A stretch of DNA of 64,000 nucleotides from Candidatus Woesearchaeota archaeon. GTDB lineage: Archaea > Nanobdellota > Nanobdellia > Woesearchaeales > JAZDKJ01. The position numbers and the translations under genes are program-made. How positions within the stretch are numbered: the stretch's first letter is position 1; every line of letters begins with the position of its first letter. The stretch lies in assembly GCA_043803105.1 (NCBI GenBank), contig JAZDKJ010000006.1, positions 224,001 through 288,000 of the forward strand. The letters are read 5' to 3'. Positions 26,181 to 35,970 of the stretch are shown here, piece after piece. The notes under the pieces were generated by a model, which was not told the DNA's origin, did no database searches, and saw only the letters and a program-made list of their open reading frames with translations.

Positions 26181-27004
26181 AGACTGTCAAACGGGCTCTT
26201 CACCTTCTTCAACTGCTCATTGGACACTTTTGTGTATCTCTCAGTTGTGGACAGATTGGAGTGCCCAAGCAATACCTGAATCACCCTTATGTCTGTTCCT
26301 GCCTCAAGCAGGTGTGTTGCAAAGCTGCTTCTTAGCGCATGACAAAACACTCGCTTCCTGATGCCAGCCCTTTTGGCTGATTCTGTGACAATGGCTTGCG
26401 CTTGCCTAACTCCTATATGAGTGTCCCTGACTGCAAACAAGTAAGGATTCTGGCCTTCCCGGTTTTTTAGGTATTCAGATATGTCCTTTACCAGGTTGCC
26501 TGACAATATTATATGTCTATCCTTCTTGCCCTTGCCGCTTCTTACTATTCCCATTCTTTCAGCAAAGTCAAGGTCATCAACCTTGAGGCTGACAGCTTCG
26601 CTTACCCTTAGCCCAGAACTATATAATAGTTCCACCAGAACCTTGTGCTTAGAGTTTTCTATCACAGCCAATAGCTTCTTGACCTCTTCCTTTGTTAGTA
26701 CTGTTGGTATCTTTTTCTCTTGTTTGGGCGGCTTAATGGTTGCAAGGACAGGTTTTTTCAACACCTCATGAAAGTAGAACTTCAGGCTGCTTAATGCTAG
26801 GCTTACAGAACTTGGCTTTTGCTTGTTTTGCATGAGATAGGATATATACTTCTTAACGTCCTCGCTACTTACATCTTGCGCTTCTTTCTTAACAAACATC
26901 AGGAATCTAAGGTTATGCCGGACATATGAGAGCACAGTCTTGTCAGAGAACCCTCTAATAACGAGCTCAGTCCTAATTTGTTCTTCAACTTCAGCCGTTG
27001 TCAT
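26177..27004 (-). CDS. xerA: XerA-type tyrosine recombinase
   Basis: SGLRVSE, GKGKKDR, HALRSSFATHLLE, LGHSNLSTTERY. Confidence 0.92.
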   Translation of the reverse strand: MTTAEVEEQIRTELVIRGFSDKTVLSYVRHNLRFLMFVKKEAQDVSSEDVKKYISYLMQNKQKPSSVSLALSSLKFYFHEVLKKPVLATIKPPKQEKKIPTVLTKEEVKKLLAVIENSKHKVLVELLYSSGLRVSEAVSLKVDDLDFAERMGIVRSGKGKKDRHIILSGNLVKDISEYLKNREGQNPYLFAVRDTHIGVRQAQAIVTESAKRAGIRKRVFCHALRSSFATHLLEAGTDIRVIQVLLGHSNLSTTERYTKVSNEQLKKVKSPFDSL

Positions 27005-27537
27005 TTTTGAGATTTAATTTCGTCCCTTCTATCCACATAGCTTGTGGGATGCACCTTATCAACCTGGTAGCCATTCTTCTTCAGATTCTCCTTTATCTCT
27101 ATATAATATTGGTACATATGGATCATCTTATGGCAATTTGGGCAAAGTCCAACAACATTGTCTGATTCATTGTTGCGTCTGTTCCCATCTAAATGATGGA
27201 TGGAACATAATTTGTCAAACCCACAGCTTGCACATTTCTTTGTTACTTCTTGCCATCTGCCATATGCAATACCATAAAGTCTCTTCGCGTTATTTGCCTT
27301 AGGGATATCATAATGGTGAAGTCTTACATGACACCCCCCACACAGCCCAAATGCTTGATGAGGTCTCATTCTGCCGCAAGCCTTGCATCTTATTAGCTTC
27401 CGCTTCCATCCCAAGCGCCTGTAACAATTATTACAGTATCCTTTGGCATGGTGCTCAACCCTCTTACCACATCCAGGGCAGTCAATGAGGTATTTGCCAT
27501 TGGGATTGGGATTAGCAAACTTGCTCGCAGTTGTCAT
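27001..27537 (-). CDS. Zinc-finger repeat plus HNH-like protein
   Basis: Two CxxC..H..CxxC units, then CxxC..IHHLDGNRRNN..LCPNCHKMIH; ATGA-coupled to xerA. Confidence 0.8.
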   Translation of the reverse strand: MTTASKFANPNPNGKYLIDCPGCGKRVEHHAKGYCNNCYRRLGWKRKLIRCKACGRMRPHQAFGLCGGCHVRLHHYDIPKANNAKRLYGIAYGRWQEVTKKCASCGFDKLCSIHHLDGNRRNNESDNVVGLCPNCHKMIHMYQYYIEIKENLKKNGYQVDKVHPTSYVDRRDEIKSQK

Positions 27538-27592
27538 GTAAAATTTCCAAGCAGAACTAGTATTTAATACGTTCGTTATGTTCGCATGATGT

Positions 27593-27620
27593 ACTTCACG
27601 GAAGACATATTATATGCACT
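27593..27620. other. dif-like Xer recombination site
   Basis: ACTTCACGGAA-GACATA-TTATATGCACT, 11-6-11 layout; 20/28 match to B. subtilis dif as recalled; 0.6 kb from xerA. Confidence 0.65.
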
Positions 27621-27718
27621 TTCTTATAAAGTTTGCTCTTAGAATGCTAGAAAGTGCCTTTTTTTCGATGCTTGGGCCCACCCAAACAGGCAAAAAGGTC
27701 TTCAGAGCAGTCTCTTGC

Positions 27719-28195
27719 TTAGTTTAGCTCATTTAGCAGGTAATTGCCGTTCGGAAGCCTTTTCGCAAATTCTGCGCAGCATTCTTTCTTGAGACATAAG
27801 TATATAGTCAGGTATTTACCTCCTCCATCCAATGCCTCAATGTCCACAAAAGGACTGAAAGGCTCTTCGCGACAAAGCGTTTCAGGGTCTTTGTTTGACA
27901 TCGCCTCAACAACCGTTTTCCAGCCGCTTGCCATGTTTGGTCTCCAGTAAAGTAAAGGTTCAAACTTCTGCAGGAGCCTTTGCCTCAGATTGTCATTATT
28001 CGCCGGCCCTTTTGCTTCACCCTGCTCTGTGATTTTTAGCCTCAAAGACAGAATATCATAGTCTGTCTCATAAGGCTGAAACAGAAAGCCTTCAACCTCA
28101 GTGCACCATTGCTCCAGGTCGCCTATTGTATGTTCAAGGCTTATTAGGGCATGTTCCACCATACCAGTCAGTAGCAGAATGTCTTTTATTAACAT
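27719..28195 (-). CDS. Hypothetical protein
   Basis: ORF only. Confidence 0.5.
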   Translation of the reverse strand: MLIKDILLLTGMVEHALISLEHTIGDLEQWCTEVEGFLFQPYETDYDILSLRLKITEQGEAKGPANNDNLRQRLLQKFEPLLYWRPNMASGWKTVVEAMSNKDPETLCREEPFSPFVDIEALDGGGKYLTIYLCLKKECCAEFAKRLPNGNYLLNELN

Positions 28196-28233
28196 TTCGG
28201 CTCTGCATTATACAAAATGAAAAATGGAGCTTT

Positions 28234-29376
28234 TCAGCTCCAAAAAGTTAACTTCTTCCAGACTTCACTAAAGAAGCCGGTTCTAGGGGTCTTTGCATGA
28301 TTATCCTCATCTGGAACACTGTTGCCAGTGGGGCTTCCTGCAGCTTGACTAATCATTGCTTTTGCCATTCCGCCAAGGTTATTTGTTAGAATGGTATTTG
28401 TCCTGGAGTCATAGTCTGCTGATGCCTTTGCCTCTGTTGCATAAGCTCCTGGCAAACCCTCCTCCGCGTAGTACTTATCCACATCTTGCCGTATGTAGCT
28501 CAAGGTTTCTGAGTATCCACCTGTTTTTTCAGCAATCTCTTTCCAGATTCTTGTGCCTACCTGGTCCATGCCCGAGCAGATTATGGTGTATATTCTGATT
28601 CCCTTTTGTGCAGCTTTTTCTGACTCATCCCTGTAGTTGTATCCGTTTGGACTGCCACTTCTGTAGCTTCTGTCTGCTCCTCCCTCTCCGTGTGGTGGTG
28701 CATCTCCAATAAGGATTATTGCTTTTCTGGCGTTTTCGTCCCATGTCATGTCGTGTTCCACAGCCTCATACAGTGCATCTGCCACTGCTTCAGGCTGGTC
28801 TCCACCGCCATCAGCTTCAATTGTCTCAATAAACTTGAGTGCATCGTCAATATTGTCAGTCAAGTCCTTTGAACGAACAAGGTATTCCTTCTCCTCTTTC
28901 TCATAGTCTCTGTATGTCACAACTCCTACTCTAAGTTTGTAGCTTGTGCGTGGTGCGAACTGCAACATCTGCGCTATGTAGTCTTTTACTGCTCTTATCT
29001 CATCGTCCATTGAGCCTGTACTGTCGATAACAAACACAACATCCACTTGTGACTGGCCCGGGCAGTTGCATGCCTGTTGTTCCCACTCTATACAATTGCC
29101 ATCCTGGTCTCTTGCAGTGCACGTAGGCCCAGGGCAAACGCACGGGGGGCATGTGCATGTTGGTTCAATACAGTTTCCGTATTGGTCTTTTGCAGTACAG
29201 TCGTTAGGCCGGCACACGCATGTGCTAACAGCTTTCTCCCCTCCGCTTGTTAAAACAGTTGGCTCTTCTGCCAATAGGCTTCTCATCAAAACATCCTCTG
29301 AAGGCACCTCTTTTGCATATGACGCTGGTATGCACGATAAAACCAGCATCAAAATTAAAAATAATTCCCTTTTCAT
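28234..29376 (-). CDS. Secreted VWA domain protein with Cys-rich repeats
   Basis: Signal peptide; CTAKDQYGNCIE repeated; DSTGSM, GGGDQPEAV, GDAPPH. Confidence 0.85.
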   Translation of the reverse strand: MKRELFLILMLVLSCIPASYAKEVPSEDVLMRSLLAEEPTVLTSGGEKAVSTCVCRPNDCTAKDQYGNCIEPTCTCPPCVCPGPTCTARDQDGNCIEWEQQACNCPGQSQVDVVFVIDSTGSMDDEIRAVKDYIAQMLQFAPRTSYKLRVGVVTYRDYEKEEKEYLVRSKDLTDNIDDALKFIETIEADGGGDQPEAVADALYEAVEHDMTWDENARKAIILIGDAPPHGEGGADRSYRSGSPNGYNYRDESEKAAQKGIRIYTIICSGMDQVGTRIWKEIAEKTGGYSETLSYIRQDVDKYYAEEGLPGAYATEAKASADYDSRTNTILTNNLGGMAKAMISQAAGSPTGNSVPDEDNHAKTPRTGFFSEVWKKLTFWS

Positions 29377-29607
29377 TTTTTAGCCTCCAGGTTTTACACC
29401 TAAAAGATATTATGCAATGCTTATTTATATACTGTCGAGTAAGCTTCAATTTGACTTGAAGCCAAGGAGTTATTGCAGCATAAATAATTTAATCATAGTC
29501 AAAATATTTTAGTCATATTAAAGATTATAATATTTGAGCTATACTTAAATATTAATATCACAAAATGAAGCAAAAGTTTCAACCAAAGATTAAAAGTTTA
29601 GAACCAG

Positions 29608-30252
29608 TTATTTTACTTGTTTTTTTCTGTTTCTTATATAGTCAACAAGTAGGTAAATTGCCAGCGCAGAAACAGCACCTACCCCAAACCACACCAAAAG
29701 GTACCCGGTGGACGGTGCAACACTTTGGATCATTGGCGCTACCTCAGCTGCCCGTGATGCTGTCTCGTTCACAGCATCGCCTCCTGCAGCACTAGGAACT
29801 GTCATCAGCGGAGGAAGTGCCCTGTCTACAGCTTTCTGTGCAGCCATTGTGCCTGTTGTAAAACTCCTGGAAAAAAGTCCGATAAATGCAGCTCCAACTC
29901 CCAGAATCAGAACCACTGGAAGTATTGATTTCAGTTTCTCCTTGATGCCGTAGACGCTTCTTGGAGCGATGATTATATACTTATTGGCTAGTCTATAATG
30001 GTTTACTTCCTTTCCCTTCTCACTATAATGAAATTCCTCTGATTTAACTAAGCCTCCTTCCACAAGTTGTTTTAGGTTGTAATGCACTGTGGAGATTGGG
30101 ATCTGAAGCTTCCCAGAAAGTTCAGACTCAGTAGCGTCCTTCTCAGCTAGATAGTCCAGAATCTTCCGGCAACTATCATTTGTTATGACCTGGGCAAGCT
30201 TTTTTGCCTTGTCATCTTGTAGGCTCACCAATACAAACTTTTCATTGGGCAT
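29608..30252 (-). CDS. Membrane-tethered ArsR-type HTH regulator
   Basis: RKILDYL..SELSGKLQIPISTVHYNLKQL followed by two TM helices. Confidence 0.85.
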   Translation of the reverse strand: MPNEKFVLVSLQDDKAKKLAQVITNDSCRKILDYLAEKDATESELSGKLQIPISTVHYNLKQLVEGGLVKSEEFHYSEKGKEVNHYRLANKYIIIAPRSVYGIKEKLKSILPVVLILGVGAAFIGLFSRSFTTGTMAAQKAVDRALPPLMTVPSAAGGDAVNETASRAAEVAPMIQSVAPSTGYLLVWFGVGAVSALAIYLLVDYIRNRKKQVK

Positions 30253-30349
30253 AGAATAAGAATAGTGTCTTCCTTTATAAATACCTTTTGATGACTTTGA
30301 ATGTGATTGCAGCTAAATCTTTAAAAAGAAATTAAGATTTACCTTTTTT

Positions 30350-30895
30350 GTGGATGTAATAAAAAATCCGATGATTCTTGAAAGATCTTTCAAACATGAG
30401 TGTAGAAAACCAATCGTTTACGTCAGCCGTGACTGTAAATTTATGAACTTTTTCTATTCAATAATTAAGCAAGTAGATTCCACGATTCTTGGTCTATATG
30501 AATTCAAAGTCATCTATCTACATTTTAACCACTCAAGTGCAATGTTATCTTACGATGGGAATTGTATTGATATAAAAGTTAAGGCAGACGACGAACGACG
30601 TGAAACAGAAACGCTTTTTGAGCTAAACGGAGAGGAAGGAAAAAAGAGGAACAACTGGCACAGCCTTATGGACTATGTTAGTAATCTTCAAAGTTTCGGA
30701 TTTGCCAAGATTATTGATCCTTATAATTCCCCCTTTCATTGTTTTGGTCATTTTGCTGGATGTTCAATTTCTGTTGCCGGATTCCGTGACCTTCAACATA
30801 TAGTAAGAATATATTGTGAGGATGAGGAGCCCTTGTTAGCTGCTTACAAGCAGCTTTTCATGGCTGGCCTTCGCTGCAATCCTCATCCAACATAA
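30350..30895 (+). CDS. Hypothetical protein
   Basis: ORF only. Confidence 0.5.
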   Translation: MDVIKNPMILERSFKHECRKPIVYVSRDCKFMNFFYSIIKQVDSTILGLYEFKVIYLHFNHSSAMLSYDGNCIDIKVKADDERRETETLFELNGEEGKKRNNWHSLMDYVSNLQSFGFAKIIDPYNSPFHCFGHFAGCSISVAGFRDLQHIVRIYCEDEEPLLAAYKQLFMAGLRCNPHPT

Positions 30896-31590
30896 TTCAT
30901 CTGCTTCTTTTCCTGCATGTCCATTGCTTTCTGGCTGCTCTCCATTAGCCCTTTGAGCTTCTCTTCAAATTTCTCAGCTTGTTTTAGCAGTGGCTTGTAG
31001 TCAACCTTTAGTCCAAGGTATTTGTCCAAAACCTCAATTACCTTTGCTGCAGCCTTGCTATCAGGCAAGGCAGAGTGCGTTTCCGCAAAGAAGCATGTTG
31101 TCGGCCTGTCTGTCTTTAGCATTATTGCTGAGGTTACGCCCAGTATTATTCCTTCAGTCAAAGGCTTTACCTGTATTGCATCAAGCTTTTTTCTTAGCCC
31201 TGGATTGTTTGTGTATGAGAGTATGTTTGTCGTATCGCTCGGTGTTGATGTTCCTACTCCCTCGATGCATATGAGCTCTTTTGCTTTGGTCCTGTTTGCC
31301 AGGTCAACTATAATGTCTGCTGCCTTCCACTCTATTCCGCTTGTGCCAGAGATGGAGTGGACAATCAAGATATTGTTCTTCTTGTTATAGAATATCCCTA
31401 TTGGATTGATTAGCTTCTGATCATGAATCGCTATTGATGCAGGCAATTCCTCAAACCAGTAGCGGCCGATGCAGGGGCAATCACAATGGTCTATGAGGAA
31501 TTCTGTGACTATTGTTCCGATAAGCCCAAACCCTGGGAAACCTTCTATGATTGTTGGATTGACAGGCTTTTCCGTAAGCTTTATTTCCAT
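30883..31590 (-). CDS. PAC2-family proteasome assembly chaperone
   Basis: IEGFPGFGLIGTI, PDSKAAA; C-terminal YVG HbYX-like end. Confidence 0.9.
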   Translation of the reverse strand: MEIKLTEKPVNPTIIEGFPGFGLIGTIVTEFLIDHCDCPCIGRYWFEELPASIAIHDQKLINPIGIFYNKKNNILIVHSISGTSGIEWKAADIIVDLANRTKAKELICIEGVGTSTPSDTTNILSYTNNPGLRKKLDAIQVKPLTEGIILGVTSAIMLKTDRPTTCFFAETHSALPDSKAAAKVIEVLDKYLGLKVDYKPLLKQAEKFEEKLKGLMESSQKAMDMQEKKQMNYVG

Positions 31591-31629
31591 CTTTACACCT
31601 CAGTTCCTTCTAGTAAATCACTCTGATAA

Positions 31630-32097
31630 TTATATTTTTCCTTTTAACCTTCTCTCCATCTCCTTATCATCGCTAAGCCTTGAGTCAAGCTTGGCCCTGA
31701 TCTTGCGTATCTCGATTAATACATCTTCTGCATATCTGCTTCCTATCCTGGGTACACCCTGCAACCCTTTTATCAGTTGCTCGAAGTCCTTGAGTGATTT
31801 TATCCTCTCGTTCTCTAGCATCAATGCGTTGTATTTTATCTCCTCAAGGCTGAAGAAATCTGTCTTGAAGCGTTCTATGCCTCTAGCTATTAGGTGTTGG
31901 GTATCCGTGTATTCTTGGCTTGTTTTCGTTCGTCTGGGGTCTTTTTCTATTGGGGGGACTGGCTTTCTCAGTATCTTTTCAAGCTCCCTGTTAACCTTGT
32001 CTGGCACATCCGCATTGTTTCTTATTGACCAGCTTTTCCTGCTTATCTCCCTTGCAAGCTTCCAATCAGGCCTACTGCTCCAAAAGCCGAATCTCAT
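31630..32097 (-). CDS. Hypothetical protein
   Basis: Charged helical ORF with TATA-like box upstream. Confidence 0.55.
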   Translation of the reverse strand: MRFGFWSSRPDWKLAREISRKSWSIRNNADVPDKVNRELEKILRKPVPPIEKDPRRTKTSQEYTDTQHLIARGIERFKTDFFSLEEIKYNALMLENERIKSLKDFEQLIKGLQGVPRIGSRYAEDVLIEIRKIRAKLDSRLSDDKEMERRLKGKI

Positions 32098-32338
32098 GCT
32101 GATTTTTCCATATTGTGCATTATTTAAATCTTGCCAAATTTCTCATGTGTATTAATGTGTATTAATACAAACATGCTACGTATGTAAGTATATTTATCGA
32201 TAAAATATACAATAAAACTTAATTATACACACAAATACATCCAAATTTATTGCATTACATCGAAAGATTTATAAGCAAATCGTGTGTATAAATAAATAAT
32301 TACTCATATTTTGTTGCAAAAGTACATACAAATACACA

Positions 32339-32518
32339 ATGCCAAGGCATCATTCAGACAAGGAGAGGTACAATTTTCTCATTGACAGGTCTGTCTACGA
32401 TGATTTTTCCATGCTCTGCGAGGACCTTGGATTAGTGCGCTCAAAAAAGCTTGAGAACTATATGAAACAGTTTATTGAGGAGAATAAGCAGTTGTTGAAG
32501 AAGCTTAAAGAAAAATGA
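32339..32518 (+). CDS. Ribbon-helix-helix regulator, 59 aa (absent from ORF track)
   Basis: MPRHHSDKERYNFLIDRSVYDDFSMLCEDLGLVRSKKLENYMKQFIEEN; ATGA overlap with next gene. Confidence 0.8.
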   Translation: MPRHHSDKERYNFLIDRSVYDDFSMLCEDLGLVRSKKLENYMKQFIEENKQLLKKLKEK

Positions 32519-34518
32519 ATCACAAACTTTCGCTCTCATTGATTGTTTGCTTAGCAATAATTCCCATTGCCTATGCAGCCTTCCCATATCCCTGGTCTTC
32601 TAATTACTATAGTAGCTACCCTGGAACCTCTTACGGTTATTATCCAGGTACAGGCATTTATACTGCCTTTGGAGCTGTTGGCGAGCAGATTTTCGGAATC
32701 CTTACCAATACATATTCTGTTTATGCAGTGACTTTTGTGTTGTTCTTTATCCTGCTGTATTCAATCTTCTGTGTAGGTATCACCAAGGTCAAAGTTTTTT
32801 CTTCTGAAGGGAAGATTAGCAGGCAAGGTAAGATGGCAGCAATCGCCTTTGCAATGCTCGGTGACATGGGCATTTTCTACTATGTATATAACAGCTATGA
32901 TGCTGTGCAAAGGATTCTTGGCACAATGGGCTGGTTTGGTAGTCTTGCCTTTGCTGGAATGGTTTTTGCTATTACCTATTATAATCTTAAGACCAATGAC
33001 ACTGGCAAGGTGCATAAGGGCCCTGCATGGTTTGCTGCTGGCCTGGCTTTGCTTGTTTACGGCATGTTCACCAATAGTCCTGGTGCAGCTACGTGGGGCA
33101 CAATAATCCTCATAGTTACCGCAATCTGGGCTGGCATTAGCAGCTTTGGCGGTGGCGGGCAAAGAGGTGAGAACGAGCGTTTGCGCGACTTGAGGGAGCG
33201 CGACCATGAAGAGCGCGAGCGTGCAGGGCGAAGGACTGCTGAAGAGCGTGCTCTGACGCCAAGCAGGGTTACCGGGCTCCAAGGTAACTTGCAAGGAGCT
33301 CCCCCGCAAGTACAACTTACTTGGACTGCTAATCCTGATGGCGAGAATATTTCGCATTATGAAATCCGCAGGAGGACTGCCAGTAATGCCACCGGTTCTT
33401 GGCTTAGGAGAGGCTTAGGCTCATTGGGAAGAACCTTTGTCTGGGGTGGATGGACCACACTTCCGTCCGTTACAACTACAAACTACAATGACACATCAGT
33501 TTCCCCGGCCTATACTTATGAGTATTGCGTCCGTGCAGTCAACACCTCAGGCAGGCATGGACCATGGAGCTTCAATTGGCCTACCACAGCAGTTGCTGCG
33601 GCCGCGGGACCAGGGAGGATTCGAGGTCATGTTGTCTTCCATGATGGCCGGCAGCCTGTTCCGAGGAATCTCACCAATATCAACATTACAGTCCTTGGCC
33701 ATACCACTCCTGTCAATAATCAGGGCCGTTTTGACATACAAAATCTTGGTGCAGCTGTTGCCTACAATGTAGTCATAACTGACCCTACCAATACTTACAC
33801 TCAAAGGACTATCCAGAACGTGCCTCCTGGTATGGATGCAGACTTTGGCGATATTGTGCTTCAACCAAGGCCTGGTGCCATGGCGCAACTTATTGTTGTT
33901 ATTCAAAATGCTGCCGGTGCTCCATATAATCCTCCTGTCACGATCGCTGCTCTCGGCGCCTTGGGAGCCCCCCAGGTATTTCCCGTTGCTGTTGGTTCAC
34001 CGATGCATTTGGGTGCCGGCAGGTATTCGTTTCCTGTTAGGGCAGGCTTTTTTTATAGTGCCTGGGCTACAGACCTTGCCACAGGTGCAGACTCCGGTCA
34101 TGACAGGACCAATGGTATCCTTCTCAGAATGCCTCAAGCTCAGATTCCTAATCCGCTCCAGATGGCAGTTCCTGGAGGGCTGGCCGTGGTCAATGGGACT
34201 GTCCAGTCTAGCGCCTTTCCAAATGCTCATGTCGGCAATGGTGGTGTGGTCACAATTGGGGCCAGTCCACCAGTTAGAACTAATGCTATGGGACAATATG
34301 CAACAGGCCCAGTAAACATAGGCCCTAACAGAGTTCAAGTGCATAATCTTTTCGGTCTCTACCAAGACTATGACACCGCCCCAAATCCGGGCATCGTGAC
34401 TGTGGCAGGGCCAAATCCCTTCCCTATTTTTGTTAATCCAATGGTGCAGGTGCCAGGTCCAGTTAACGCTACCATAACAGGTCCTGGAGTTGCAGCCTAT
34501 AACTTGATATTTCCATGA
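32515..34518 (+). CDS. Polytopic membrane protein with FN3 and Pro/Gly-rich beta-sandwich repeats
   Basis: Signal peptide plus about 5 TM, Arg/Glu helix, LTW..YEIRR..YEYCVRAVN FN3 motif. Confidence 0.8.
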   Translation: MNHKLSLSLIVCLAIIPIAYAAFPYPWSSNYYSSYPGTSYGYYPGTGIYTAFGAVGEQIFGILTNTYSVYAVTFVLFFILLYSIFCVGITKVKVFSSEGKISRQGKMAAIAFAMLGDMGIFYYVYNSYDAVQRILGTMGWFGSLAFAGMVFAITYYNLKTNDTGKVHKGPAWFAAGLALLVYGMFTNSPGAATWGTIILIVTAIWAGISSFGGGGQRGENERLRDLRERDHEERERAGRRTAEERALTPSRVTGLQGNLQGAPPQVQLTWTANPDGENISHYEIRRRTASNATGSWLRRGLGSLGRTFVWGGWTTLPSVTTTNYNDTSVSPAYTYEYCVRAVNTSGRHGPWSFNWPTTAVAAAAGPGRIRGHVVFHDGRQPVPRNLTNINITVLGHTTPVNNQGRFDIQNLGAAVAYNVVITDPTNTYTQRTIQNVPPGMDADFGDIVLQPRPGAMAQLIVVIQNAAGAPYNPPVTIAALGALGAPQVFPVAVGSPMHLGAGRYSFPVRAGFFYSAWATDLATGADSGHDRTNGILLRMPQAQIPNPLQMAVPGGLAVVNGTVQSSAFPNAHVGNGGVVTIGASPPVRTNAMGQYATGPVNIGPNRVQVHNLFGLYQDYDTAPNPGIVTVAGPNPFPIFVNPMVQVPGPVNATITGPGVAAYNLIFP

Positions 34519-35966
34519 CAACAGAAAAAGAACAAGCAATCGTTGAAGAGCTGAAAGATAAATTGTCCCAGGAGCTCGAAGAACAAAGACAGGAACTAGA
34601 GGAAAATCTTTCCAAGCTTGCTTCTGAATTTGAGCAATCCAAAAAGGCCATGTTTGAGGAAGAGCAGTCAAAGCTCAAGCATTCTCTCAAAATGCAAAAG
34701 AAGTATTCTTCAGCCAAGGATTTTAATGCTGAGCATCCTGAACTTGTTGGAAAGCAATTAATCGCCCATTTTGTCTTGCTGTTGCCAGGAGAATTGAAAC
34801 CATTTATCGCTCCAGAACAAAATACCCCCATTAGCAAGCTTGCAGGCAGGTTAGTTCACGTTGAGCCGATATCCTCACAGGAAAAGGTTCATTTGGAGTT
34901 GGATATCAAGCAACAGAAAATTGTGGACTGGATCAAAGACAGGATGGTTTCCGTCTTGAAAACAAATCAGTGTTTCATAGGTTTATTCTTGACTCCTGGA
35001 GGGGTCAGTATGCAGGATTCGAACTTTACAGCCAAAATACAGCTCACAAGTCAGTTGTTGTGGCCAGAATGCGATGAGGAAGAACTGCCGCTGTGCAACT
35101 TGAACCCGGACAGAAGCCTGTCCTTGTCAGTCAAAGGCAGAAAGCCTGAAGAGGGGAAAGACAAGCCAAAAGAGGAGCGGGAGGAACTTCTCGAGCTTCA
35201 GGAAGAAATAAAGGATGATATCCAAAAAATATCAGAAGATGAAAAAGAAATCAAAAAAGAGCATGAAAAAGTCAAGGTAACCATTGATAATGAAATACCT
35301 TACAAGGATAAGATTATGAGAGACCTTCAAGCTATGAAAAAGATTTTGGAGGATGCAAAGGCTCAGGGCGGAATCTTCAGGGAAAAAGAAGCAGCTAGGA
35401 TAGTAACTGACAGATTAAACAAACTTAATGGGGAGATTCAGAAGCTTAATAATAAGTTCTTGCCGTGGCTAATAAAAGCAGTCAATGAGGTTGAAGAAAA
35501 TTTAATCTTTAAAGAAGACCAGCATGCAGAACTTTTGGCAAGAAGAATACAGGAACATTTCAATCTTCCCAAATTTGTTGAGAATGATTCAAACGCACCT
35601 AGGATGTACCAGAATTGCCTGCAGTATGCTGAACAGCTAAAAAAATTGATAGCGAATCGCAATAACTCAATAAGAATCATTAAGCAGAGATATATACCCT
35701 ACATCGAAAACAAATATAATAAAAGAAAAATCGAACAGGGCTTTATTAAGGGACTGATCACAGACCTAGAAAAAAATAAACTGGACACAGCCATAAACAA
35801 GATTACACAGCTTTTCAATGATTTTCATATGGTGCATGTGCACATAGATAGTATTAAGACTCATCTTAAACAAGTGGATGTATACACTGCACAAATTGAC
35901 ACACCAAAAATACTAGGTGATATCTTAAGGTATGTGACCGAAACTCAACCATCATTGAAACAGTAA
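34515..35966 (+). CDS. Coiled-coil/helical hypothetical protein
   Basis: ATGA-coupled; C-terminal domain shared with the next gene. Confidence 0.75.
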   Translation: MTTEKEQAIVEELKDKLSQELEEQRQELEENLSKLASEFEQSKKAMFEEEQSKLKHSLKMQKKYSSAKDFNAEHPELVGKQLIAHFVLLLPGELKPFIAPEQNTPISKLAGRLVHVEPISSQEKVHLELDIKQQKIVDWIKDRMVSVLKTNQCFIGLFLTPGGVSMQDSNFTAKIQLTSQLLWPECDEEELPLCNLNPDRSLSLSVKGRKPEEGKDKPKEEREELLELQEEIKDDIQKISEDEKEIKKEHEKVKVTIDNEIPYKDKIMRDLQAMKKILEDAKAQGGIFREKEAARIVTDRLNKLNGEIQKLNNKFLPWLIKAVNEVEENLIFKEDQHAELLARRIQEHFNLPKFVENDSNAPRMYQNCLQYAEQLKKLIANRNNSIRIIKQRYIPYIENKYNKRKIEQGFIKGLITDLEKNKLDTAINKITQLFNDFHMVHVHIDSIKTHLKQVDVYTAQIDTPKILGDILRYVTETQPSLKQ

Positions 35967-35970
35967 AAAG

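Noticed and set aside
26177-27004. Integron integrase or provirus integrase
   Set aside because: No IntI-specific insertion, attC array, tRNA-derived att repeat or viral genes; core genes lie between it and the tRNA
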